Of a stretch of DNA of 64,000 nt, positions 10,343-20,821 are shown piece after piece. The notes beneath the pieces are model-generated. The model saw only the letters and a program-made list of their open reading frames with translations, was not told the origin of the DNA and ran no database searches. The position numbers and the translations under genes were made by a program. The stretch covers positions 7,963-71,962 of the forward strand of contig CACEAQ010000001.1 in assembly GCA_902557605.1 (NCBI GenBank), written 5' to 3'. The stretch's first letter is position 1; each line of letters begins with the position of its first letter. The stretch comes from an uncultured Pelagibacteraceae bacterium (GTDB taxonomy: Bacteria > Pseudomonadota > Alphaproteobacteria > Pelagibacterales > Pelagibacteraceae).

Positions 10343-10825
10343 ATGTCATTAAAAAACACCATATCTAAGTTCATTATTTTTACAGTAGTATTACTCTCTT
10401 TTTTTTATATCTTTAATTTTGTCACAGATAAAAAAGACGCTTTAGCTAAAATTAACAATAAACAAATCGTTGAAGTTTTTAAAACTCCCTCATGCGGATG
10501 TTGTTATGGATATGTTTTATTTTTAGAAGAAGAAAAATTCAAAGTAAAACAAACAGATATGAGAAGCCTTCATACAATAAAACAAAAATATAATATTCCC
10601 GTAGAAATGCAGTCTTGCCATACTACTATTATGGGTAAATATTTCATTGAAGGTCATGTCCCATTTGAAGCAGTTAACAAATTATTAAAAGAGCAACCTG
10701 ATATTGATGGTATAGCTTTACCTGGAATGCCGATTGGCACACCAGGAATGCCAGGTGATAAAGATGAACCCTATGTTATTTATCAACTTAAAGATGGGAA
10801 ATCCTCAGTTTTCATGACAATATAA
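10343..10825 (+). CDS. DUF411 / CopG-like metal-binding periplasmic protein
   Basis: PSCGCC, SCHT, IEGHVP, GMPIGTPGM. Confidence 0.88.
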   Translation: MSLKNTISKFIIFTVVLLSFFYIFNFVTDKKDALAKINNKQIVEVFKTPSCGCCYGYVLFLEEEKFKVKQTDMRSLHTIKQKYNIPVEMQSCHTTIMGKYFIEGHVPFEAVNKLLKEQPDIDGIALPGMPIGTPGMPGDKDEPYVIYQLKDGKSSVFMTI

Positions 10826-10830
10826 AAATC

Positions 10831-11280
10831 ATGATACAAAAGATAAAAATAATAAAAACACTTATTATTATTTTTTCTTTATGCTTTCCTTTTACTGCTA
10901 ACGCCCAAACTGTTGAAGAAATTATAAAAGGCAGGAAAGCAATGTTTAGTGAAAACTATCAAAACGCTAAAAAAATATCTATATTATTAAAATCAAAAAA
11001 AATCGAAGAGGCAAAACCCTTAATGAAAAAAATTTCAGATAATTACATTAAATTATTAGATTATTTTCCTGAGAATACAAAAGAGGGTTTTAAAACTGAA
11101 GCTTTACCGACTATTTGGGAAAATAAAGATGAATTTAATGCTCTAATGAAAAAAGCATCAGATGATATGATAAAACTTGCAAAAGCTATTGAAACTGCAG
11201 AAGATCTTAGAGCAGCGCAGAAAGAGCTGATGTGGAGCAATTGTACAGCTTGTCATAGTAGATTTAGAGCACCACATTAA
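10831..11280 (+). CDS. Class II cytochrome c (c'/c556)
   Basis: Signal peptide, R-K-x-x-F, TEALPTIWEN, C-terminal CTACH. Confidence 0.9.
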   Translation: MIQKIKIIKTLIIIFSLCFPFTANAQTVEEIIKGRKAMFSENYQNAKKISILLKSKKIEEAKPLMKKISDNYIKLLDYFPENTKEGFKTEALPTIWENKDEFNALMKKASDDMIKLAKAIETAEDLRAAQKELMWSNCTACHSRFRAPH

Positions 11281-11286
11281 ATTTAA

Positions 11287-11874
11287 ATGCAACTTCTACC
11301 CCTAATATTATTCGGTGTAGCTACAGCTTTCTCTCCTGGGCCAAATAATATTATGACATCTTATACAGCTTTTAATTTTGGATTTAGAAAAGCCATTCCT
11401 ACAATGCTAGGAGTTATAATTGGATGGACGCTTTTAATTATTCTTTTGCAACTAACTTCTGGAGCTATTTTTCAAAAGTATGCATTTATTCAAAATACAA
11501 TTAAAATATTAGGATCTATTTACTTGTTATATATGGCATACAAATTATCTTTTGCAGGACAAACAAAAGATAAAAAAATTGATCCAAAACCAGTTACTTT
11601 TATGAATACTTTTTGGTTTCAATTTGTAAATCCTAAAAGCATTATAGTTGGATTAACCTCAATTTCTTTATTTATTGATACACAAAATAATTACTTAAGA
11701 GACTCAATTGTTTTAACATTTGTTTGGTTTTTGATGGCTGTTGGAAGTCAAACAGCCTGGTGTTTAATGGGTAAATACATGAGAAAATTCGCCACAAGTG
11801 ATAAATTTATTAAGAATTTTAATTATACAATGTCTTTTTTGCTTATCGTTTGTGTGATTTTGTTCTATGTATAG
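11287..11874 (+). CDS. LysE/RhtB family amino-acid exporter
   Basis: SPGPNN, YLLYMAYK, FQFVNPK. Confidence 0.9.
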   Translation: MQLLPLILFGVATAFSPGPNNIMTSYTAFNFGFRKAIPTMLGVIIGWTLLIILLQLTSGAIFQKYAFIQNTIKILGSIYLLYMAYKLSFAGQTKDKKIDPKPVTFMNTFWFQFVNPKSIIVGLTSISLFIDTQNNYLRDSIVLTFVWFLMAVGSQTAWCLMGKYMRKFATSDKFIKNFNYTMSFLLIVCVILFYV

Positions 11875-11877
11875 CGC

Positions 11878-14553
11878 ATGAAATTTAATAGTAAAAATTC
11901 CTTTAAATCATTAGATAATATTTCATCATTAGGTAAAGATTATAAGATTTTCAATTTAAAAAAAGCCGAAAAGAATGGCTTAGAGGGAATTTCAAAGCTA
12001 CCAAAATCTCTTAAAGTTTTATTAGAAAATCTACTTAGATACGAGGATGATTTAACAGTGGATAAAAAACAGATTTTAGCAATAAAAGAATGGTTAAAAA
12101 ATAAAAAGTCTGATACTGAAATAGCTTACAGACCTGCACGTACTTTATTACAAGATTATACTGGAATTCCTGCGATTGCTGATCTAGCAGCTATGAGAGA
12201 TGCAGTAAAAAATAAAAATAAAAATCCAGACAAAATTAATCCATTATCTACCGTTGATTTAGTTATAGATCATTCCGTGATGGTCGACGAGTATGCATCA
12301 GGAAAATCATTTAATCAAAATGTTGAGAGAGAATTTTCAAGAAATGGTGAAAGATATTCTTTTTTAAAATGGGGGCAAAAAGCATTTGACAATTTTAGAG
12401 TTGTTCCGCCTGGTACAGGAATTTGTCATCAAGTAAATTTAGAATATTTGTCTAAAGTTGTTTGGTCATCAAAAAGCGGAAATGATTTGTACGCTTATCC
12501 AGATACTCTAGTTGGAACTGATAGTCATACAACAATGGTGAATGGTTTATCAGTCTTGGGTTGGGGTGTTGGGGGAATAGAGGCCGAGGCAGCAATGTTA
12601 GGCCAGCCTATTTCAATGTTAATTCCAGAAGTCGTTGGTGTAGAGCTCAAAGGAAAATTAAAAGAAGGTACAACTGCAACAGATTTAGTTTTAATCATTG
12701 TTGAAATGCTAAGAAAAAAAGGTGTAGTTGGAAAATTTGTTGAGTTTTACGGAGAGGGTTTAAAAAATTTAACTTTAGCTGATAGAGCAACAATTGCAAA
12801 CATGGCTCCTGAATATGGAGCTACATGTGGTTTCTTTCCAGTTGATGATGAAACTCTTAAATATTTGAAATTGTCAGGAAGAGATCAAGAAACAATTAGT
12901 TTAGTCGAAAAATATTCAAAAGAACAAGGTCTTTGGGCAAGCAATGATGTTGTGTTTACTGATACCCTTTCATTAGATGTTAGCAGTGTAGTAACAAGCA
13001 TTTCTGGACCTAAACGACCCCAGGATAAAGTTTTATTGACAGAAGCCTCAACTGCATTTGCAAACGTTTATAAAGAAAATGCAAAAAGAGATAAAGCTAT
13101 CGAAGTTAAAGTTGAAGGTGCTGACTTCAATATAAAAGATGGTGATATTGTAATTGCTGCGATAACATCTTGCACAAACACTTCGAATCCAAGTGTAATG
13201 CTCGGTGCAGGCCTTTTAGCGAAGAAAGCATATGAAAAGGGTCTAAAAGTTAAACCTTGGGTAAAAACTTCACTTGCACCAGGATCACAAGTTGTAACTG
13301 ACTATTTAGAAAAAGCAGGTTTAAATAAATATTTAGATGAACTTGGTTTTAATTTAGTTGGTTATGGCTGCACAACTTGTATTGGTAACTCTGGACCTTT
13401 AAATCAAAATATATCAGATGCAATAAATAAAAATGATCTTTACGCTGTTTCAGTTTTATCTGGAAATAGGAACTTTGAAGGAAGAATTAATCCAGATGTA
13501 AAAGCTAATTACTTGGCTTCACCTCCGCTTGTAGTTGCTTATGCTCTGGCAGGTAATATGAATTTTGATATGTACAAATCTGCCCTTGGTAAAGATAAAA
13601 ATGGTAAAGACGTTTTCTTAAAAGATATTTGGCCAAGTAATAAAGAAATTGAAGATTTGATGTTAAGTTCTTTAAACGCAGATATGTTTAAACAAAGATA
13701 TTCAAATGTCTCAATGGGACCTAAAGAATGGCAAGCTATCAACACAACAGATAGTGATATTTATAACTGGGAAGCTAATTCTACATATGTAAAAAGACCA
13801 CCATTTTTTGATGATTTACCTGATCAACCAGAGGGTTTTAAGCCAATTAATGACGCAAGAATTCTTTTATTGTTAGCTGACACAGTAACTACTGATCATA
13901 TTTCACCAGCAGGGAGTATTAAAAAAGAAAGTCCAACTGGTGATTATTTTATGAAGCATCAAATACAACAAAAAGATTTTAACTCATATGGCGCTAGAAG
14001 AGGAAATCATGAAGTAATGATGAGAGGAACTTTTGGAAATATAAAAATTAGAAATGAAATGGCTCCTGGTACTGAAGGTGGATTTACAACTTTGCAGCCA
14101 GACGGAAAAGTAATGAGTGTTTACGAAGCTGCAATGGAATATAAAAAAAGAAAAAATGATTTAGTTGTAATTGCCGGTAAAGAATATGGAACAGGTTCGT
14201 CTAGGGACTGGGCAGCTAAAGGAACTAAACTTTTAGGAATTAAAGCTGTATTAGCAGAAAGTTTTGAAAGAATTCATAGATCAAATTTAATTGGAATGGG
14301 TGTATTGCCCTTACAGTTTAAAGAGGGTTTTAATAGAAAAAAATTAAATATTACAGGAGCAGAGTTAGTTTCAGTTGTAGATATTGATAAAGGTATAAAG
14401 CCAAGACAAGAGGTGACTTGTGAAATTAAATATCAAGACGGAACTAGCAAAAAAATTCCAATGCTTTGTAGAATTGATACTGCTAATGAAGTGGAGTATT
14501 ACAAAAACGGAGGAATTTTACAGTATGTTTTAAGAAATATGCTTGCTAATTAA
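11878..14553 (+). CDS. acnA: Aconitate hydratase A
   Basis: LQDYTG, DLVIDHS, GTDSHT, AITSCTNTSNP, GYGCTTCIGNSG, GSSRDWAAKG. Confidence 0.97.
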   Translation: MKFNSKNSFKSLDNISSLGKDYKIFNLKKAEKNGLEGISKLPKSLKVLLENLLRYEDDLTVDKKQILAIKEWLKNKKSDTEIAYRPARTLLQDYTGIPAIADLAAMRDAVKNKNKNPDKINPLSTVDLVIDHSVMVDEYASGKSFNQNVEREFSRNGERYSFLKWGQKAFDNFRVVPPGTGICHQVNLEYLSKVVWSSKSGNDLYAYPDTLVGTDSHTTMVNGLSVLGWGVGGIEAEAAMLGQPISMLIPEVVGVELKGKLKEGTTATDLVLIIVEMLRKKGVVGKFVEFYGEGLKNLTLADRATIANMAPEYGATCGFFPVDDETLKYLKLSGRDQETISLVEKYSKEQGLWASNDVVFTDTLSLDVSSVVTSISGPKRPQDKVLLTEASTAFANVYKENAKRDKAIEVKVEGADFNIKDGDIVIAAITSCTNTSNPSVMLGAGLLAKKAYEKGLKVKPWVKTSLAPGSQVVTDYLEKAGLNKYLDELGFNLVGYGCTTCIGNSGPLNQNISDAINKNDLYAVSVLSGNRNFEGRINPDVKANYLASPPLVVAYALAGNMNFDMYKSALGKDKNGKDVFLKDIWPSNKEIEDLMLSSLNADMFKQRYSNVSMGPKEWQAINTTDSDIYNWEANSTYVKRPPFFDDLPDQPEGFKPINDARILLLLADTVTTDHISPAGSIKKESPTGDYFMKHQIQQKDFNSYGARRGNHEVMMRGTFGNIKIRNEMAPGTEGGFTTLQPDGKVMSVYEAAMEYKKRKNDLVVIAGKEYGTGSSRDWAAKGTKLLGIKAVLAESFERIHRSNLIGMGVLPLQFKEGFNRKKLNITGAELVSVVDIDKGIKPRQEVTCEIKYQDGTSKKIPMLCRIDTANEVEYYKNGGILQYVLRNMLAN

Positions 14554-16059
14554 ATGAGAGAAATAAAAGTAAAAGTTCATCCGTCAAAATCAAATCTAAA
14601 AAAAAAAGATCAATTAGCTTGGAAAATTGCTGAGATTGCATCAGATAAAGCGAAATTAGATAAAGATGCGGTTGATATGGTAATTAATAGAATTATTGAT
14701 AATGCATCAGTAGCAATTGCTTCTTTTAATAGAGCACCAGTTTCATCAGCAAGAGCAATGGCTCTAGCACATTCTAGAAAAAAAGGTGCTACAGTTTTTG
14801 GTTTAAATACAAAAATTAAAGTAGATTGTGAGTGGGCTGCATGGGCAAATGGAACAGCTGTGAGAGAATTAGATTATCATGATACTTTTTTAGCAGCGGA
14901 TTACAGTCACCCAGGTGATAATATTCCTGCAATCTTAGCAGTTGCACAACAAAAGGGATGTAATGGTAAAGACTTAATAAGAGGAATACTTACTGGCTAT
15001 GAGGTGCAAGTAAACTTAGTAAAAGGCATTTGCTTACATGAACATAAAATTGATCATATTGCTCACCTAGGCCCAAGTGTTGCAGCTGGTCTAGGGAGTT
15101 TGTTAAATTTAAAAACTGATGTGATTTATCAATCTATCCAACAAGCATTACACATAACCGTCTCTACAAGACAATCTCGAAAAGGAGAAATATCTAGTTG
15201 GAAAGCTTTTGCACCAGCACATGCTGGTAAACTTGCGGTGGAGGCAGTCGATAGATGTATGAGAGGTGAGGGCGCTCCTTCACCAATTTATGAGGGAGAA
15301 GATAGCGTCATAGCTTATGTTTTATCTGGACCAGATAAAGAATACACAGTTCCATTGCCAAATGTAAATGAGCCTAAGCGAGCAATACTTGAAACTTACA
15401 CCAAAGAACATTCAGCAGAATACCAATCCCAAGCTTTGATTGATTTAGCTAGAAGCTTAAATAAAAAAATTTCTAATATTGGTGATATAGAAAAAATTTT
15501 AATTGAAACAAGTCATCATACTCACTACGTAATTGGTACCGGAGCAAATGATCCTCAAAAAATGGATCCAAAAGCAAGTAGGGAAACTTTAGATCATTCA
15601 ATAATGTATATTTTTGCAGTAGCGCTAGAAGATGGTGCTTGGCACCATGTCAAATCCTACACTCCTAAAAGAGCTCAAAGAAAAAGTACTGTTGAACTTT
15701 GGCAAAAAATTTCAACTAAAGAAGATCCAAAATGGACTGAAAAATATCATGATCCTAACCCTAAAAATAAATGTTTTGGTGGTAAAGTAGTCTTAACAAT
15801 GAAAGATGGGTCTACAATATCAGAGGAAATTAACGTTGCAGACGCACACCCAGCTGGCAAAAGACCTTTTTCGCGGAAAGAATATATAAATAAATTTAAA
15901 AGTTTAACTAAAGACATCATTTCAAATAAAGAGTCGGATAGATTTTTAAAGTGTGTACAAAATCTTCCAAAATTAAAAGCAAAAGATTTAATAGGTTTAA
16001 ATGTAGAGGTTAACTCATCAGTGAAAAATAAATCCAAAAGCAGTAAGGGAATCTTTTAA
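14554..16059 (+). CDS. prpD: MmgE/PrpD family 2-methylcitrate dehydratase
   Basis: [31 protein letters not shown]. Confidence 0.9.
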   Translation: MREIKVKVHPSKSNLKKKDQLAWKIAEIASDKAKLDKDAVDMVINRIIDNASVAIASFNRAPVSSARAMALAHSRKKGATVFGLNTKIKVDCEWAAWANGTAVRELDYHDTFLAADYSHPGDNIPAILAVAQQKGCNGKDLIRGILTGYEVQVNLVKGICLHEHKIDHIAHLGPSVAAGLGSLLNLKTDVIYQSIQQALHITVSTRQSRKGEISSWKAFAPAHAGKLAVEAVDRCMRGEGAPSPIYEGEDSVIAYVLSGPDKEYTVPLPNVNEPKRAILETYTKEHSAEYQSQALIDLARSLNKKISNIGDIEKILIETSHHTHYVIGTGANDPQKMDPKASRETLDHSIMYIFAVALEDGAWHHVKSYTPKRAQRKSTVELWQKISTKEDPKWTEKYHDPNPKNKCFGGKVVLTMKDGSTISEEINVADAHPAGKRPFSRKEYINKFKSLTKDIISNKESDRFLKCVQNLPKLKAKDLIGLNVEVNSSVKNKSKSSKGIF

Positions 16060-17022
16060 TTATTTGATTTTCTTTGCTAAGTCATTAGCACTTAACCAAG
16101 CATTTTCAACTTTAGGACCGATAAACCAATCAGCACACAATCCTAACCTTAATTTTTTATTCCAATAACTTTTTAAAGGTGAGCCATTTAAATTATAAGA
16201 ATATTTCCATCCATGTGTTTTTTTAAAAATGATTTTATTTTTTTTGTAACCTGTTAAGTTCAAAAATTTTGAAATTATAGTATTTTCTGCTCTTTTGTTT
16301 TTTTTGTAATTATTTATATTCTTTTTTGCCCAACTAATTGATGACTGTAATGTCCAAAGTGAATTTGAAGAATTAAATCTATTTTTACTATTTTCAAATG
16401 CTGCCCACGTTAAAATGTCATCATTAAATTTTATACTACTCACAGGAACAGATCTTTGATTTTTAAAAGCTAACATTATGGTAATGTTGGGCTCCATATT
16501 TATTTTTAAATTTGATATTCTTTTTTCTAGATATTTACCTGCAATCTTTTTTGTTTGGGGGAAGGGACAAGTTAATATTATCGATTTAGCTTGAATATAT
16601 TCACCATTATCTAGTTTTATTTCCCAGAAGTATTTATTATTATAAATTGTTTTGACCGAAGATTGAAAACTTTTTTTAATTTTTTTGGTATAAAATTTAG
16701 AAATAAAATTGTTACCTTTCATACCAATAAATTTTTCAGAAATTTCTTTTTTTTCAAATGTAAAATCTAAATGATTTCCAGTCCAAATTTTTGCTTCTTT
16801 TTTTTTACAAAGATTTTTTATAAACTTTAAAAACTCTTTAGATTTTGGAGAAATATATTGAACCCCATGGTCAAAACTTAAATTTTGTTTAAATCTTTTA
16901 TTTGATGCACGTCCGCCTGGACCTCTTGCTTTATCAAGAATATGTACAGAATACTTTTTTGATAGAAGGTAACCTATTGTAGAGCCAGATACACCTGACC
17001 CTATAATACAAAAGTCCAACAT
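16060..17022 (-). CDS. Renalase-like FAD/NAD(P)-dependent oxidoreductase
   Basis: IIGSGVSG, DKARGPGGR, FDHGVQY, HGWKYS, CADW..GPKVENAW. Confidence 0.85.
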   Translation of the reverse strand: MLDFCIIGSGVSGSTIGYLLSKKYSVHILDKARGPGGRASNKRFKQNLSFDHGVQYISPKSKEFLKFIKNLCKKKEAKIWTGNHLDFTFEKKEISEKFIGMKGNNFISKFYTKKIKKSFQSSVKTIYNNKYFWEIKLDNGEYIQAKSIILTCPFPQTKKIAGKYLEKRISNLKINMEPNITIMLAFKNQRSVPVSSIKFNDDILTWAAFENSKNRFNSSNSLWTLQSSISWAKKNINNYKKNKRAENTIISKFLNLTGYKKNKIIFKKTHGWKYSYNLNGSPLKSYWNKKLRLGLCADWFIGPKVENAWLSANDLAKKIK

Positions 17023-17639
17023 TATAAAAATAAAAATTTATATTTTTCGTTAATTGAGAGAACTTCATAACTAACAAGTCCTCCAATTATTAATTGTATT
17101 GAAATTACCAAAATTACAAATAAACCTAAATATCCAAGCCACATATGTTTTTTTATATATTCAGCAAAATAACTTGCAAGAGTTGCGATCAAGAATACTG
17201 ATAACAATAAACCTATTACCATTAAATGAAAATTACCTTTCGAGGCAGCTACTACTGCAATAGTATTGTCAAAACTTAATGTAAGATCAGCAATTAATAC
17301 TTGATAAACCCCAACACTAAAGCTTTTTGTCTCAGCAGATTTTAGTTGTGGTGTTTTAATTTTATTTTTTCCGAAAAAGTCTTGTCTTAAATTATTAATT
17401 ACCCATAAAAGAAGAACTCCACCAAGAATTTTTATCCAGGCAAATTCAAACAGATAATTTGCTCCTGATGCAAAAACAATTCTGAACAAGAATGCTGCAG
17501 CAACACCCCAAGCTATAATCTTTCTTCTATTTTCTGTTGCAAATCCCGCAGCAATTAAACCTATTATGATCGCGTTATCCGCAGCCATAACTATATCTAT
17601 GAGGATTATTTGAACTGAGATAATTACTTGCTCTAACAT
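17022..17639 (-). CDS. TerC/YjbE family metal-transport membrane protein
   Basis: DIVMAADNA and IADLTLSFDN repeats. Confidence 0.88.
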   Translation of the reverse strand: MLEQVIISVQIILIDIVMAADNAIIIGLIAAGFATENRRKIIAWGVAAAFLFRIVFASGANYLFEFAWIKILGGVLLLWVINNLRQDFFGKNKIKTPQLKSAETKSFSVGVYQVLIADLTLSFDNTIAVVAASKGNFHLMVIGLLLSVFLIATLASYFAEYIKKHMWLGYLGLFVILVISIQLIIGGLVSYEVLSINEKYKFLFL

Positions 17640-17686
17640 TCGAGAATCAATGTATATAAGGTTATTAAGATATATTAAAGAATAAA

Positions 17687-19012
17687 ATGGAACTGTTTAA
17701 AAGCTCATCAAAATTTTCAAAAAAACAAATAATTTTGTTGTCTATACCGGTTTTTTTTTCAAACATGGCTATTCCATTAGTTGGAATGGTTGACACAGGT
17801 TTGATGGGCAATCTAAGCGAAACCAAGTATTTAGCTGCAACCAGTATAGCTACGTCAGTTATGACTATGATTGTTTGGAGTTTTGGTTTTTTAAGAATGG
17901 GGACCGTTGGAATAGTTGCACAAGCTTATGGTAGAAGTGATTATAGAGAGATAGTAAAAACGATTTTAAGAAATATAGCACTAGCTCTAATTGCAGCTTT
18001 TATAATAATTATTTTTTTCCCAGCTTTAAAAATTGCGATAAGTTATTTTTTCTCACCCTCTGATGAAACAGAGGTATTAATAAAAACTTATTTAAATGTA
18101 AGAATTTTTTCAATTCCTGCAGAATTAATTATTTACGTTCTAGTGGGTTTTTATCTAGGCATACAAAAAACAAAAATTTCAAGTTTTTTAATAATTGTTC
18201 TATCAAGTTTGAATATTATTTTTAGCTCTCTTCTAGTTTTAACATATGATTTAAAAGTTTTTGGTGTAGCTCTAGGAACATTAATTTCAAGTTATATAAC
18301 CTTAATTATTTTCACAATTTTTACCTATAATTATATTATTCAAAAATTCAAAATAATTCCTAAATTTGAAAATTTAGTAGTAAAGTCTAAATTACTAAAA
18401 CTTTTAAATATAAATTTAGATATTTTTATAAGAACTTTATTTCTTACATTTGCTTTTCTTTGGGTAACTTATCTTGGTTCAAAAATTGGAGAAGATTATT
18501 TAGCAGTTAATACAATATTGATGCAATTTATTATTTTATCGTCATTCTTCTTAGATGCTTATGCATTTTCAACTGAGGGAATTATAGGCTTTACTATAGG
18601 AAGAAGAAACCAAAAATCTTTTTTAGAAGTTGTAAAAAATTCTATTCAGGTAAGTTTTATCACTGCTATCATTATCTCAATAATCTATTTAATATTTTTT
18701 AAAGAAATGATTAATATAATTACTGATATAGAGATTTTAAGATTTATCTCTTTTCAACATATTTTATGGGTAATTATAATTCCACCAATCGCGTGTTTTT
18801 GTTATCAATTAGATGGAATATTTATTGGAGCGTCCCAAACAAAAGAAATTAGAAATGCAATGATTATATCTGTTTTAGGTTATATTGGAGTATCAATCCT
18901 CTTAACAAAATATCTAGACAATCATGGTATTTGGCTTTCTCTTTTATTATTTATGATATTTAGGTCTTTGACTTTACAATATTATTTTAAAAATATCTTA
19001 AAAAAATTCTAA
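17687..19012 (+). CDS. dinF: MATE family efflux transporter (DinF-like)
   Basis: PLVGMVDT, FGFLRMGT, DIFIRT, LDGIFIG; about 12 TM. Confidence 0.85.
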   Translation: MELFKSSSKFSKKQIILLSIPVFFSNMAIPLVGMVDTGLMGNLSETKYLAATSIATSVMTMIVWSFGFLRMGTVGIVAQAYGRSDYREIVKTILRNIALALIAAFIIIIFFPALKIAISYFFSPSDETEVLIKTYLNVRIFSIPAELIIYVLVGFYLGIQKTKISSFLIIVLSSLNIIFSSLLVLTYDLKVFGVALGTLISSYITLIIFTIFTYNYIIQKFKIIPKFENLVVKSKLLKLLNINLDIFIRTLFLTFAFLWVTYLGSKIGEDYLAVNTILMQFIILSSFFLDAYAFSTEGIIGFTIGRRNQKSFLEVVKNSIQVSFITAIIISIIYLIFFKEMINIITDIEILRFISFQHILWVIIIPPIACFCYQLDGIFIGASQTKEIRNAMIISVLGYIGVSILLTKYLDNHGIWLSLLLFMIFRSLTLQYYFKNILKKF

Positions 19013-19876
19013 ATGCAATTTTTATATAAAATACCGGGTTATATTTTACTATTATTTGGTGGATTTTGTTTAAGCTGGGGAGGATTTATAATTAGATCTT
19101 TTGAAGAGGCAAGTATCTGGCAAATATTATTTCTTAGATCTTTTTTTTTCCTTTTAGCTCTAATAGCTTTTCTTTTTGTAACTTATAAAAAAAATACCTT
19201 TAATATTATTAAAGAGTCTGGCCTTCCAGGTTTATTAGGAGGTTTTGTTTTATCATTTAGCTTTGTTGCTTTTGTAGTTGCAATGAGCAACACAACTGTA
19301 GCAAATGTCGTTTTTATTATAAGCACACAAACTATGTTTCTTGCAATATTTGGATATTTTTATCTAAAAGAAAAAGTTTCTTTAATCGGCTTCATATCAA
19401 TCCTTCTTGCTATGAGTGGTATTATTATAATGGTTGGAGACTCTATTTCAGGTGGATCGTTATTTGGAAACATAGTGGCGTTAGCAATCCCAATAAATTT
19501 TGCGATTTTAGTAATGATAATTAGAAAAAATACCAAAGTTGATATGGTTCCAGCAATTTTTTATTCTGGGATATTCAGTTTGGTTTACGGTTTTTTCTTA
19601 GCAGAGTCATTTGAATTCACTAAACATGATCTTTGGATGGGTTTTCTTCTTGGAGTCCCACAATTAGCAGTTAGCTTTATTTGTATAACAATAGGATCAA
19701 GAACAGTAGATTCAGCAACAGTTGGGTTATTAATGTTAATGGAAACTTTGTGTGCACCCCTTTGGGTATGGTTATTTCTAAATGAGATACCCCCCTTAAG
19801 TGTATTTCTTGGTGGAGTCATTATAATTTTTGCAATCATTTTAAAAAGTTTTGATAAAAATAAATTAAAAGCGTAA
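19013..19876 (+). CDS. DMT/EamA family transporter
   Basis: About 10 TM in two EamA repeats, LKEKV and LFLNE.P motifs. Confidence 0.85.
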   Translation: MQFLYKIPGYILLLFGGFCLSWGGFIIRSFEEASIWQILFLRSFFFLLALIAFLFVTYKKNTFNIIKESGLPGLLGGFVLSFSFVAFVVAMSNTTVANVVFIISTQTMFLAIFGYFYLKEKVSLIGFISILLAMSGIIIMVGDSISGGSLFGNIVALAIPINFAILVMIIRKNTKVDMVPAIFYSGIFSLVYGFFLAESFEFTKHDLWMGFLLGVPQLAVSFICITIGSRTVDSATVGLLMLMETLCAPLWVWLFLNEIPPLSVFLGGVIIIFAIILKSFDKNKLKA

Positions 19877-19884
19877 GCTAAGTT

Positions 19885-20592
19885 GTGTCACTAAAAAAAC
19901 TATTCCTTAAAAGTAATTTTACTTATAAGCTATATCTTTATTATAATTTATATATACGTCACAAATGTTTTATTAACAGATCTCAATATTCTCAATGGGG
20001 AGAAGATCTCTCAATTTTAAAATTTTTCAAAGATAAGAAAAATGGAATATATTTTGATGTAGGGTGCTTTCATCCGTTGATGTACAGCAATACTTGTTTG
20101 CTTTTTAAGAATGGATGGAGTGGAATAAACATTGATATAAACCCTACATCCATAGATTTATTTAAAATACTTAGACCTTCAGACTTAAATATTTGTACTA
20201 CTTTAAATGAATATGAAAAAGAATTTAAGGTTTATTTTGACCATCCATTTAGCCCTGTAAATACTTTAGATAAAAGTTTTTTTGATTCTAATAAATCTAA
20301 TTTTTTTAAAGATGTTTCATTTAAAATTATAAAATCAAAATCTATTGATGAAATTTTAAATTTAAGCAAGTACAAGGAAATCGATTTTTTAAATATTGAT
20401 GTAGAAGGTTTAGACCTACAAGTGTTAGTCCAACTAGTTCCCAATAAATTAAAACCTTCTCTTATTTCAATTGAAACACATAATGTCGACGGCTCGAAAT
20501 CTAAAGATTGTGACAAAATTAACGATTATTTGAAAAATTGTAAATTTAATGCTTATAAAAGGGTTGGTCCATCAACACTTTATTCAAACTGA
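19885..20592 (+). CDS. FkbM family SAM-dependent methyltransferase (GTG start)
   Basis: YSQWGED, FDVGCFHP..SNT, GWSGINID, IDFLNIDVEG. Confidence 0.88.
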   Translation: MSLKKLFLKSNFTYKLYLYYNLYIRHKCFINRSQYSQWGEDLSILKFFKDKKNGIYFDVGCFHPLMYSNTCLLFKNGWSGINIDINPTSIDLFKILRPSDLNICTTLNEYEKEFKVYFDHPFSPVNTLDKSFFDSNKSNFFKDVSFKIIKSKSIDEILNLSKYKEIDFLNIDVEGLDLQVLVQLVPNKLKPSLISIETHNVDGSKSKDCDKINDYLKNCKFNAYKRVGPSTLYSN

Positions 20593-20626
20593 TAAAATTT
20601 ATAGTTTTAAAGGCAATTATTTTAGA

Positions 20627-20655
20627 TTGACATTTTTACTCATTTATACCAAAGT
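20627..20655 (+). promoter_or_regulatory. Candidate sigma70 promoter for the gcv leader
   Basis: Perfect TTGACA at 20627, 17-bp spacer, weak -10 CAAAGT just ahead of the riboswitch. Confidence 0.5.
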
Positions 20656-20662
20656 CCTGTTT

Positions 20663-20807
20663 GTAACGGGAGAGACCATTTTGGCGCCGAAGGAGCAACC
20701 ACCCCGGAAACTCTCAGGCAAAAGGACCGTTACCGTAATAACTCTGGAAAGCAGGCAAAAGCCTCACCGAAGGATTAAATCTCTCAGGTACATAGACAGA
20801 TGGGGTT
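20663..20807 (+). ncRNA. Tandem glycine riboswitch
   Basis: Two aptamers, GGGAGAGA..CGCCGAAGGAGCAA..CTCTCAGG and CTCTGGAAAG..CACCGAAGGA..CTCTCAGG, directly 5' of gcvT. Confidence 0.96.
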
Positions 20808-20821
20808 AGATAAGAGTTATT

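Noticed and set aside
20549-20809. 86-aa ORF in the track
   Set aside because: It overlies the glycine riboswitch and has no protein features
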